This document shows, piece by piece, positions 10,060-21,594 of a stretch of DNA of 64,000 nt; within the stretch, counting starts at the first letter, position 1; each line of letters begins with the position of its first letter. A program made the position numbers and the translations under genes. The stretch lies in contig CAVUDW010000003.1 of NCBI GenBank assembly GCA_963740355.1, positions 1,536,001 through 1,600,000 of the forward strand, read 5' to 3'. Source of the stretch: an uncultured Gemmatimonadaceae bacterium (GTDB lineage: Bacteria; Gemmatimonadota; Gemmatimonadetes; Gemmatimonadales; Gemmatimonadaceae). The notes below the pieces were generated by a model. It worked only from the letters and a program-made list of their open reading frames with translations, was not told the DNA's origin and made no database searches.

Positions 10060-10199
10060 GATCAAGATCTCTGACCCCTTGATCGGACCCCTTGATCGGA
10101 CGATCAAGATCTCTGACCCCTTGATCGGATCAAGATCTCTGACCCCTTGATCGCGGGCCCGTTGACCGCACGCCGATCAAGATCTCTGACCCCTTGGTC
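10060..10199. repeat. REP-like palindrome cluster (unit GATCAAGATCTCTGACCCCTTGATC)
   Basis: Copies at 10060, 10102, 10128 and 10175 (last with one mismatch), plus a partial copy at 10086; reverse complement of the 36.4-kb unit. Confidence 0.9.
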
Positions 10200-10323
10200 G
10201 CCTCGCCGCGCTAACTTGCCTCCAGCCTGTCGACTCGGCCTTACGGACGACTCCCGGCAGTGGCTCCATTCATCACTTCGCCCCCGCCCACATCGGGGGC
10301 CCGGTTCCGGAGATCGTCGGACC

Positions 10324-13092
<2,769 letters not shown>

Positions 13093-13130
13093 TACTCGTA
13101 CATCACTTTACGCCTTCACCTCGGAAACTC

Positions 13131-13709
13131 ATGCAGATGAATCGCACCCTGACGGCCGTTGCCGTTGCCGCCTTGCTGGTCACACCAGCGTCGCTTCGCG
13201 CCCAGGCGCCGGCCACCGCCGCTCCGGCTGGTCCCGAAGTTGGACAGATGGCCCCGGACTTCACGATCAATGTGATTGGCAAGGAGGGCGCTGCTCGTCC
13301 GCTGACGTTGTCGTCGCTGCGCGGCCAGACGGTCGTGCTGGCCTTCTTCCCGCGCGTCCGCACCTCTGGCTGCACCACGCAGATGGAGTCGTACCGCGAC
13401 AAGTACGCCGAGTTGTTCCGCAGCGGCCGCAAGGTGACGCTGATCTCGATCAGCACCGACAGCAGCTCGCAGCAGCAGGCGTGGGCCAAGGACGCCAACT
13501 TCCCGATGATGTTCGGCAGCGACATCGGCGGGCCGGTCGGCACGCTCTACGGCGCGTTCATGCCCGCCAACGGCATCGACAACCGCTACCTGTATGTGAT
13601 CGATCCTGACGGCAAGATTTCGTACACGGCCAAGCCGTTCAAGCAGATGACGGATGTGGCGTACACGGATCTTGGTGCGGCAGTGGCAAAGGCAGCCGGG
13701 ACGCGCTGA
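13131..13709 (+). CDS. Exported peroxiredoxin-like (AhpC/TSA, BCP-type) protein
   Basis: Signal peptide; APDF; FFPRVRTSGCT (PxxxTxxC). Confidence 0.85.
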   Translation: MQMNRTLTAVAVAALLVTPASLRAQAPATAAPAGPEVGQMAPDFTINVIGKEGAARPLTLSSLRGQTVVLAFFPRVRTSGCTTQMESYRDKYAELFRSGRKVTLISISTDSSSQQQAWAKDANFPMMFGSDIGGPVGTLYGAFMPANGIDNRYLYVIDPDGKISYTAKPFKQMTDVAYTDLGAAVAKAAGTR

Positions 13710-13732
13710 TCGGTTGACTTGAAGCAGCCTCC

Positions 13733-13770
13733 AATCGGGCACCTCCTTCGCGGGAGGTGCCCGATTTTTG
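13733..13770 (+). terminator. Intrinsic terminator
   Basis: AATCGGGCACCTCC-ttcgcg-GGAGGTGCCCGATT followed by a T tract. Confidence 0.85.
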
Positions 13771-13879
13771 TTGCAGCATGGCGTGACTGCGGCCGGCGTG
13801 GGAACGAATTGTGGTGCTCACGGCTACGCCGCCCGATCGCCGCTGCGGCACCCTATCTCCCCTGAACGCAATCACCACG

Positions 13880-14500
13880 ATGCGCCTGACTCTGCTTGCA
13901 GGTTCCCTGCTTCTGGCAACGAGCGTTGCCACACCCGCCTTGGCGCAACGCCCAGCGGCACTCGGCCCAAGCGACGGGCGAGACCTGCAGCCGACTGAAA
14001 TCGAACGGGTCGCGATCGGCAGCCGCGCTCCCGACTTCACGCTTCGCAGGATGAGTGGCGGTACCGTGACCTTGTCTTCATTCCGTGGCAAGAAGAACGT
14101 CGTGCTGGTATTCTATCGCGGATACTGGTGCCCCTACTGCATCAAGCAGTTGGCCGGTATGCGTCAGCTGCTCGACAGCGAGATGAAGAAGGGGACCGAA
14201 CTACTGGCGGTGTCGGTCGACGATTCGGCGGGCACGCAACGGACCATCGGTCGCATCAGTGCGGACGGAATCGCGCCTGACTTCGCCTTCCTCTCCGACC
14301 CGGATCATGCGGTGATCGCACGTTACGGAATCTTGAATCCGTCCGGAGGAGACCGCGGGATTCCTCATCCGGCGACGTATGTCATCGATCGTGATGGCGT
14401 GGTGCGCTGGCGCGACATCGAGACTGACTACAAGATCCGACCCACGAACGACGCGGTGCTTGCCGCGGTTCGCGCCCTGCCTACCCCGACAAACCGTTAG
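13880..14500 (+). CDS. Exported redoxin (AhpC/TSA family)
   Basis: Signal peptide; FYRGYWCPYC; PHPATYVID. Confidence 0.87.
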   Translation: MRLTLLAGSLLLATSVATPALAQRPAALGPSDGRDLQPTEIERVAIGSRAPDFTLRRMSGGTVTLSSFRGKKNVVLVFYRGYWCPYCIKQLAGMRQLLDSEMKKGTELLAVSVDDSAGTQRTIGRISADGIAPDFAFLSDPDHAVIARYGILNPSGGDRGIPHPATYVIDRDGVVRWRDIETDYKIRPTNDAVLAAVRALPTPTNR

Positions 14501-15598
14501 ATGGCGCGTCGTGCGTTACGTGTGATGCAACAGCTTGCACGCTGGATGCGAAACGACGCGCCCGCGCGCCTGGCCCTCGCTGGACTTCTCGTCGCCGCGG
14601 CAACGTCGCCAGCTGAGGCCCAGGTGGCGCGCGGCCGCACTGTGACGCAGGACCGAGTGCTGGCCTTCACCCTTGACCGTGACACGCATGCGGTGACGGT
14701 GCACGATCGCCTGAATGACAGCACACTCGCTGTCGTCACCGTGTGTGCCGATGCGACGGGCGGGGCTTTGTCACCAGACGACGTCTCGTTCATCGTCGCC
14801 TGCCGGAATGCACCCTCCATGGCAATCAATACTGCTGCCCTCGTTGCGGGTGCCGTGCCGGCCGCCCCTCCCGCCCCGCGTCGCGCTGCCTTCCGCGCCA
14901 AGAACGAGGTGGTCGTGGTTGGCACCATCCATGGCGAGCATCGCACCAGCACCCGCTATGGCACGCGCGTGTTGCACGACCTGTTGCGTGAGATGCATCC
15001 TGATTTTGTGCTGACTGAAATTCCGCCCAATCGCTTCGCGGCCGCGATGGATGAGTTCCAGCGTACGGGAACCATCACCGAGCCACGGGTGAGCCGCTTC
15101 CCGGAATATGTGGATGTGCTCTTCCCGCTCTCGCGGGAAATTTCCTTGACCATCATCCCGACAGCTGGCTGGACCCGGCCGATGGACCTGTATCGGAACG
15201 CGGCGCTCAAGCGCCTATCCGCCGACCCGTCACGCCGCGTGCAGTACGAGGCACACATCAACGCGCAGAAGCTGGCCGACTCGATCGTGACGGCACGCGG
15301 CAGCGACGATCCCTATTTCATCAATTCGGCCGCCTACGATTCGTTGCAGACGGTCGCGCACATTCCTTACAACCGCTACTTCAATCGCGACCTCGGCCCC
15401 GGTGGCTGGGACAACATCAACGTCACACACTTCGGCCTGATCAGCGCCGCGCTCGACGCACACCGCGGCGAGGGTAAACGCTTCGTGATCACCTATGGCG
15501 CTGGGCACAAGGAGTGGTTCATGCGCCAACTCCGAAAGCGGAGTGATATCGTACTACTCGACGTGAAGCCCTTTCTCGAGCGGATCGGCGCGCGGTAG
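14501..15598 (+). CDS. Secreted hypothetical protein, TraB/EreA/ChaN-like fold candidate
   Basis: VVGTIHGEH...PDFVLTE...ITYGAGH motif pattern; start uncertain. Confidence 0.65.
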   Translation: MARRALRVMQQLARWMRNDAPARLALAGLLVAAATSPAEAQVARGRTVTQDRVLAFTLDRDTHAVTVHDRLNDSTLAVVTVCADATGGALSPDDVSFIVACRNAPSMAINTAALVAGAVPAAPPAPRRAAFRAKNEVVVVGTIHGEHRTSTRYGTRVLHDLLREMHPDFVLTEIPPNRFAAAMDEFQRTGTITEPRVSRFPEYVDVLFPLSREISLTIIPTAGWTRPMDLYRNAALKRLSADPSRRVQYEAHINAQKLADSIVTARGSDDPYFINSAAYDSLQTVAHIPYNRYFNRDLGPGGWDNINVTHFGLISAALDAHRGEGKRFVITYGAGHKEWFMRQLRKRSDIVLLDVKPFLERIGAR

Positions 15599-16087
15599 CG
15601 CGAGCCGCATCGCAACCGCGCTCGCGGGGCAGCCCTGCTTCCACTCGTGCGCCATCATCACCGCGGCCGGTGCGGCATCGCGGGCAGTCCGCGTGAAGCC
15701 AAACCGGGGCCAGTAGTCAGCGGCGGTTTCCGTCAGCAGGTACAGCGCTGCCAGCCGCTCACCTTCCGCCCACGACAGTCGGTCTTCGGTCAGTGCCGCG
15801 CCAACGCCGTGCCCGCGCAATCGCTCGTCGACCACGGCAGAGCGCAGCAGGCCGTAGGTCTCGCCACCGTCGACCTCCGTGTCGCGGTACAACTCCACCC
15901 CGGCTGAACCGATCACCGTGCCCGACGCGACGTCGACTGCGACGGCGAACTGTGGCCCGAACTGGGCGTCCAGCCCATTGGGCGCCAACCTGGCCGCCGC
16001 CAGCAATGCCGAGACCGCACTGAGATCGTCTGCTGAAGCAGGGCGGACCGAAAACGTTGGAGGCGTCTCGATTTGTGAACTCGTCAT
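15554..16087 (-). CDS. GNAT N-acetyltransferase (ArsN2-like)
   Basis: LLRSAVVDERLRGHGVG, LYLLTETAADYWPRFGF, CPASAVAM. Confidence 0.85.
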   Translation of the reverse strand: MTSSQIETPPTFSVRPASADDLSAVSALLAAARLAPNGLDAQFGPQFAVAVDVASGTVIGSAGVELYRDTEVDGGETYGLLRSAVVDERLRGHGVGAALTEDRLSWAEGERLAALYLLTETAADYWPRFGFTRTARDAAPAAVMMAHEWKQGCPASAVAMRLALPRADPLEKGLHVE

Positions 16088-16203
16088 GACTGGTCCCGAT
16101 GGGGTCGCGGTCGTACGGAATGGTGGACGGTAGGCAGCCGGCGACCGCGCTGTCAACGATGCCCCCGCTGCGGTGTCGGCCATATCGCGCTACACTGACG
16201 TTC

Positions 16204-17430
16204 GTGACGACACCAACGCCGCGCCAACTGCTCGAAACGATCTACCACGACGCCATCGCTGCGCTCCAGCCGGAACCAGCCGTCGCATCAGCGCTCGACG
16301 CCGTCTACGGCCCTGGCCACTGGCCCCCATCGATTCACGTGGTCGCGATCGGCAAGGCGTCGCACACCATGGCAGCGGCGGCGTTGGAGTGGTGCGCCGC
16401 GAAGCAGGTGCAGGTGCTCGGCGGGTTGTGCATCGCGCACGTCGCTGGCGGTGCCCCCCTTGGGCCGCTCACCATGCTCACCGGCAATCACCCGATTCCC
16501 GGGCCAGACTCCGCCACCGCAGCCGAGGGTGTCGGGACGTACATCGCAGAGCGTGTGCGTGAGCGCGACGCGGTGCTGGTGCTGCTCTCGGGCGGAACCT
16601 CAGCGCTGATCGGGGCACCGCTCGCCGGTCTATCGCCGGACGAATACGCGTCGACGACGGAGGCACTGATTGGTGGTGGGCTGAGCATCAACGCGATAAA
16701 TCGTGAACGCCGCCGTCTCTCTCGATGGGCACGCGGTCGCCTTGGCGAGGCGCTCCAGGCCCGCGGGGCGACGGTCGAGGTGCTGGTGATCTCCGATGTG
16801 ATCGGCGACGATCTGGCATCGATCGGCAGCGGGCCCTGCATCCCTGATGCAACCAGCGACGCGCCACCGATTCCGCATCGCATCATCAGCAGCAATCGCG
16901 CCGCGCGCGAACTGGTGCTCGCCGCGGCGCAGCGGAACGGCCTGACGCCGGTGCGCGTCGATGAACCGCTGCGCGGCGACGTTGGATACTGTGCCGAACG
17001 GATCGCGCTGGTGCTGCGCACACACGCCATGCACGCGCGCACCGGCTCCCACGCGCACAAGCTGGTGTGCTGGGGCGGCGAACCGACGGTGACCTTGCCC
17101 GGACCGCACGCCCCGCCGGGCGGCCGCATGCAAGCGCTGGCCCTCGCGCTCGCGAAGGAATTGCACAATGCCGGCGCCGATGCCCGCAGCATCACGATCC
17201 TCGCCGCAGGCACGGATGGCCGCGACGGTGCGACCGATGCGGCAGGTGCGGTCGTGGACGGACGAACCTGGTCCGCGATCCGCAGTGTCGGGCGCGCGCC
17301 GGAGCACGATCTGGCGTCGTACCAGAGCCATCAGGCGCTGTCGCTGATCGGCGCGCTGGTTCCGGCCTTCGCGAGTGGCACCAACGTGAATGACCTCGTC
17401 ATCGCGCTGGTCCAGCGCGACGAGGACTAG
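16204..17430 (+). CDS. Glycerate 2-kinase (MOFRL family)
   Basis: AIGKAS, GNHPIP, LLSGGTSAL, ISDVIGDD, GGEPTV, GTDGRDG, GTNVNDL. Confidence 0.9.
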   Translation: MTTPTPRQLLETIYHDAIAALQPEPAVASALDAVYGPGHWPPSIHVVAIGKASHTMAAAALEWCAAKQVQVLGGLCIAHVAGGAPLGPLTMLTGNHPIPGPDSATAAEGVGTYIAERVRERDAVLVLLSGGTSALIGAPLAGLSPDEYASTTEALIGGGLSINAINRERRRLSRWARGRLGEALQARGATVEVLVISDVIGDDLASIGSGPCIPDATSDAPPIPHRIISSNRAARELVLAAAQRNGLTPVRVDEPLRGDVGYCAERIALVLRTHAMHARTGSHAHKLVCWGGEPTVTLPGPHAPPGGRMQALALALAKELHNAGADARSITILAAGTDGRDGATDAAGAVVDGRTWSAIRSVGRAPEHDLASYQSHQALSLIGALVPAFASGTNVNDLVIALVQRDED

Positions 17431-17436
17431 CGGAAG

Positions 17437-18432
17437 CTACGTACCGAGCGCGGCGAGGAATTCTGTCATGTCTTCGATCGCGGAAATGCTGTGCACCTCC
17501 CGGAACACGAGCAGTGCCGCTTCACCACTCGCGCGAGCAGTCCCGAGCTCACGCCGCCTCAACGCAATGTTCGCCTGCATCTGCAGGGCCTGACCCTCCT
17601 GCAGCCGGTGCCCGTGCGTCTGTGCAAGCCGGATCGCCTGCACTAATGCGCCATCGGCACCGAGTGTGTCTCCAAGCTGGTCCGCGGCGTCGGCGAGCAT
17701 CCACCACGCATCTGCCTCGAGGAGGAAGTCGGGCAGCGCGCTGAAAACCTTGATCGCGCGCGTCAGCGTCGCATGCGCCCACGCGGGATCGCCGCGGCGC
17801 AGCGCGATGTCCGCGCGGCCGGCGAGGGCCATCGCTGACAATCGCTCGTCCGGCGCCTCACGTGCGAACTCGATGGCGCGCCGCTCCGCCTCATCCGCTG
17901 CGGTCAGTTCGCCGCGCATCCGATATGCGATGCCGAGATTGTGAGAGCTTTCCGCGAGGCCACGGGCATGCCCGAGCCGCTGGTACGCCGGCATGGCCAG
18001 TTGGTACGCAGCGATCGCGCGGTCTGCGTCACCGTGCAGGGCGGCAATGGCACCGAGGTTGTTGGTTGCCCGCGCCGTGAGTAGCGCGTCGTCGTCCCGC
18101 CGTGACCGCGACAGCGCATCGCCGAAGTGATCGGCGGCGACATCGAGCATGCCGAGCGAGAAAGCCGCAGCGCCCTGCATGTTGATCGCGCGTCGCAACG
18201 CAGGCTGGTCGCCGGAACGATCCAGTAGCGTGGCCGCGCGCGTCAACCATGTCGTGGCGGTCCGAGGATCCCCCGTGCGCAAGCACGCCTCTGCCAGCAG
18301 GATGGCCCGCGCGCCGTCCTGCTCCGTGGCGATGGCGTCCTGTTCCAGGGTTGAACGCACGTCTGCCCACGCCCCGGCAACAGCCGAGACGCGCGCCACG
18401 TTCAACACCGGATCACCGCCGAGAAGCGACAT
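17437..18432 (-). CDS. TPR protein, module copy 1
   Basis: INMQG, TNNLG and SHNLG repeats; no signal peptide; paralog of 21595-22590. Confidence 0.85.
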   Translation of the reverse strand: MSLLGGDPVLNVARVSAVAGAWADVRSTLEQDAIATEQDGARAILLAEACLRTGDPRTATTWLTRAATLLDRSGDQPALRRAINMQGAAAFSLGMLDVAADHFGDALSRSRRDDDALLTARATNNLGAIAALHGDADRAIAAYQLAMPAYQRLGHARGLAESSHNLGIAYRMRGELTAADEAERRAIEFAREAPDERLSAMALAGRADIALRRGDPAWAHATLTRAIKVFSALPDFLLEADAWWMLADAADQLGDTLGADGALVQAIRLAQTHGHRLQEGQALQMQANIALRRRELGTARASGEAALLVFREVHSISAIEDMTEFLAALGT

Positions 18433-18448
18433 GACTCTTTAGTACGCG

Positions 18449-19084
18449 TTAGTACGCGATGGCGTGCGCGGTGAATGAGAGCAAGTCGGCCTTCACTTCA
18501 CTCAGGTTCCCCGAGATCTCGACCGCGCTGGTCAGCTTGAACCATGGCTGCCCAACGGCTTCCTGCTTCCAGATCGCGAACGACGGCACGAGGTTGGTGT
18601 CGGTCTGGTTGACCGATCCGTCACGATTGAAGTCGGGGTCACAGTTCTTGAAGTCGAGCCGGAGTTCCGCCGGCCGCGAGTCGCTGAACGTGAGCCCACT
18701 CGGCGCAAAGTCCGTGATCAGTTTGGTGAAGTCGCGAACGCGAATCGTGATACGTACCGAATCACCCGCCGCGAAGGCCGAGCCGTCGGGGCGACGAAGC
18801 AACGATTCGTTCCTCACGCGAAAACGCAGGAACCGCACCGAGTCTGTGTTCCCGGGGTTCGGGCGATAGTACATCGCGACCTCACGATCCTGGCCCTTCA
18901 CCGCCCAGAAGCTGACGCTGTCGGTGCGTAGCGCGGTACCCGTCGCGGGCTTGAGAAACCGCAGGCTGGTCTCGGGCGTGCCGCTACCGCCTGGCGTTGG
19001 CGTCGGATTGACCGGGGTGTCACTGGAGCAGGCGATGGCCAGCATCGCCGTCAGGGCGACCGCCGCCCATGTCGTATGTCGCAT
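18449..19084 (-). CDS. Lipoprotein B, copy 1 (ZU5-like, DxNxDG motif)
   Basis: Lipobox AIAC; FAPSGLTF..PAEL; DFNRDGSVNQTD; ends SFTAHAIAY. Confidence 0.8.
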   Translation of the reverse strand: MRHTTWAAVALTAMLAIACSSDTPVNPTPTPGGSGTPETSLRFLKPATGTALRTDSVSFWAVKGQDREVAMYYRPNPGNTDSVRFLRFRVRNESLLRRPDGSAFAAGDSVRITIRVRDFTKLITDFAPSGLTFSDSRPAELRLDFKNCDPDFNRDGSVNQTDTNLVPSFAIWKQEAVGQPWFKLTSAVEISGNLSEVKADLLSFTAHAIAY

Positions 19085-19085
19085 C

Positions 19086-20459
19086 TCAGAAATCCTCGTT
19101 GAGTTCATCATCGGTCGCGCCAGAAGCCTGCGCATCCAGCAACCGCTGCAACCGCGGTCGGCTGATGCCAAGTCGTCGCGCCGCTTCGCTCTTGTTGCCA
19201 CCGCATCGTTGTAGCATGGCACTGGCCGCACCACGCGCCAGCATCGACAGCGACGCCGGCCATGGCAACTCGCCACCGGCAGCCCCTGCCGCCACCGTGG
19301 CGCCGTCGCCAGCCATGTCCGCAACGTCCATCCGTACCCCATCACAGAGCAGCAGCGCCCGCTCGATGACGTTCCGCAGCTCGCGCACGTTGCCCGGCCA
19401 GGAACGCTCCACCAGCGACCGCTGCGCCGCCGCTGACAACTGCGGCACGGGCATCATGCCATACTCGTGCGCAAACTTGCTCACGAACGCCTGCGCCAAG
19501 CCGACGACATCGTCCGCCCGATCGCGCAGCGGCGGCAGTTCGATCGGCATCACGTTCAGCCGATACCACAGGTCTTCGCGAAATTCCTTGCGCGCCACCG
19601 CTGCCTTCAGCTCGACATGTGTCGCCGCGATCACGCGCACATCGAAGGGAATGGTGCGTGTGCCGCCCACGCGTCGCAGCGTGCGTTCTTCCAGCACCCG
19701 CAACAGCTTGCCCTGCAGGGTCAGCGGCAGGTGGCCGATCTCATCGAGGAACAAGGTGCCGCCGTGCGCCAGCTCGAAGAGCCCAGGCTTCGCCGCGCGG
19801 GCATCGGTGAAGGCGCCCGCTTCGTGACCGAACAACTCACTTTCCAGGAGATTGTCGGGAATGGCGGTGCAGTTCACATCCACGAACGGCTGCTTGCCGC
19901 GTGGTCCGTTGTAGTGGATGGCGCGCGCGAACAACTCCTTGCCGGTTCCCGTCTCGCCAGTGAGCAACACCGTGACATTCGCGTGTGGAATCACCCGTGC
20001 CGCGCGTGTCAGTGCTGCCCGCAAGGCCGGGCTCGAGCCGAGGATTCCGTCAAAGGAGTATTTCATCCCTTCACGTGACGCGAAGGCGGAGCCATCACCC
20101 TGCTCCGCAATGCGCCGCGCCGCATCGTTCACCCAGCTTCGCAAGGCCTCGAGATCGCCTGGCAGCGCGAAGTACTCCTGTGCGCCATGCCGCATGGCAC
20201 TCACCGCCAGCCGATGGTCGGCCACCGACCCGACCACTGCCGTGAACGAGGGCACCGCCACCCGTTCGAGAGCGCTGATCGCATCACGTTCCACGCCGCC
20301 CGCCGCGAGCAGATGTATGGCATCCGGCGTTGCCGACCACGCAGCGAGCCCCTCGCTGGTGGAGGGATGTGCCTGCAGCGACGCGCCGGATGCCGTGGCC
20401 AGTTCCGGCCACAGCATCTCGAACGAATCCGACCAGCCAAGGAGTGCGAGCGTCGTCAC
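19086..20459 (-). CDS. Sigma-54 enhancer-binding protein with degenerate receiver, copy 1
   Basis: GETGTGKE, ESELFGHEAGAFTDA, LFLDE, WPGNVREL; Fis-type HTH GNKSEAARRLGISR. Confidence 0.95.
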   Translation of the reverse strand: MTTLALLGWSDSFEMLWPELATASGASLQAHPSTSEGLAAWSATPDAIHLLAAGGVERDAISALERVAVPSFTAVVGSVADHRLAVSAMRHGAQEYFALPGDLEALRSWVNDAARRIAEQGDGSAFASREGMKYSFDGILGSSPALRAALTRAARVIPHANVTVLLTGETGTGKELFARAIHYNGPRGKQPFVDVNCTAIPDNLLESELFGHEAGAFTDARAAKPGLFELAHGGTLFLDEIGHLPLTLQGKLLRVLEERTLRRVGGTRTIPFDVRVIAATHVELKAAVARKEFREDLWYRLNVMPIELPPLRDRADDVVGLAQAFVSKFAHEYGMMPVPQLSAAAQRSLVERSWPGNVRELRNVIERALLLCDGVRMDVADMAGDGATVAAGAAGGELPWPASLSMLARGAASAMLQRCGGNKSEAARRLGISRPRLQRLLDAQASGATDDELNEDF

Positions 20460-20524
20460 CAGTATCGATGGCGCTCGTACCGCGCGCCGAGAGAGGAGTC
20501 ATGTCACGGCACCGGCGCAATCGC

Positions 20525-21370
20525 TCAGCCGTGGCCGCTGCCTTCGTGTCCACGGCTCGATCCGCGACCACTGTCTTCATGGCCATCGCGATCCCGATCG
20601 CCGAAGGCGCGGAAGGACGTCATGATATTCTGGTCGATCGCGGCCTGATTTGCGACCGTCGGGGCCAACAAGGCACCACCAGCGCTCTTGAACCAGGAAG
20701 ACAGATCGAGTGCGATCGAGACATTGTCGTTCACGCCCGACTGCACCACGAGTGAGGGCTCGAACTCGAACTCCACCTCGGCGCGCGCCTTGCTCAGGAA
20801 CGTGAACGCGGTGCCCTTGTAGGTACCGCTCACCTTCACGGTGACGTCGCGAAACTCCGGGTGTGCGGCCAGAAAGTCCTTGTCGGCCTGTGGGGCGTTG
20901 GCGCTCGTGCTGACGTCGTCGATCTCGAACTCGAATTCATGATAGGTGCCCGCAGGCACGGTCACGGCCAGAGGCGACGTGCTGGCACCGCTCAGCGGTA
21001 GATCGAGCAGCATTGGGCCGAGATCGAGCCGCGAGCAGCCGCCCTTGTCCGAACTGCGACCACGCGTGCTACTGACCGTCATCGAGTCTGGGCACGCCGT
21101 CACCCCTTCGCGACGCAGCTTCACGTTGCCCAGCACCAGCTGCACCTTGTTGATCACCATCGTGTCGGAGGACGTGCCGACGATGATGGCATTGCCGGCG
21201 GCGTTGGTCGCCGCGGTGCCGGTGGCGGCAAACGAGACAGACAACGCGGTGGCACCGGCGGACCCGGCGTCGGTGGTCGCGGTCGCGCCATCGCCACAGG
21301 CGGCGAGGGTGCACAGCAACGTGAGAGGCAGCACCCCAAGAGGGCGCGGTGGGAGCAGGCGTGTGATCAT
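20525..21370 (-). CDS. Lipoprotein A, copy 1 (DUF4382-like beta-sandwich, C-terminal DxDxDG)
   Basis: Lipobox LAAC; VPAGTY; ends AFGDRDRDGHED; GGAG RBS. Confidence 0.8.
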   Translation of the reverse strand: MITRLLPPRPLGVLPLTLLCTLAACGDGATATTDAGSAGATALSVSFAATGTAATNAAGNAIIVGTSSDTMVINKVQLVLGNVKLRREGVTACPDSMTVSSTRGRSSDKGGCSRLDLGPMLLDLPLSGASTSPLAVTVPAGTYHEFEFEIDDVSTSANAPQADKDFLAAHPEFRDVTVKVSGTYKGTAFTFLSKARAEVEFEFEPSLVVQSGVNDNVSIALDLSSWFKSAGGALLAPTVANQAAIDQNIMTSFRAFGDRDRDGHEDSGRGSSRGHEGSGHG

Positions 21371-21423
21371 CAGAATCTCCTGAAGAGGGGCGAACTGTCG
21401 GATGGTTCTCGAGGCTGAAGTGG

Positions 21424-21438
21424 GCATGACACGCGCCA
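21424..21438 (-). promoter_or_regulatory. Sigma-54 -24/-12 promoter, copy 1
   Basis: TGGCGCGTGTCATGC (GG-N10-GC). Confidence 0.7.
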
Positions 21439-21543
21439 TGCCGCCGTTCGCCGGTTGACCATCACAACCCTCTCAGGGACAACGACTTACAAGATTCGCC
21501 CGAGGGCGCAGTGGGGCCGCATCGCGCTCGTGGCGTTCCACCC

Positions 21544-21560
21544 TGTATCGTGGCGATGCA
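21544..21560. promoter_or_regulatory. Putative enhancer (UAS) palindrome, copy 1
   Basis: TGTATCG-tgg-CGATGCA, 106 bp from the promoter edge; related site 20 bp away (21524-21540). Confidence 0.6.
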
Positions 21561-21594
21561 GCGACAGTGACTGCACGGCCCTCCGCCCTGTCGG

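Noticed and set aside
10060..10199. Mini-CRISPR or coding N-terminal extension of acnA (ORF from 10147)
   Set aside because: Gaps between units are irregular (1-22 bp); aconitase similarity starts at MSHPNSF (10324), which has a GGAG upstream
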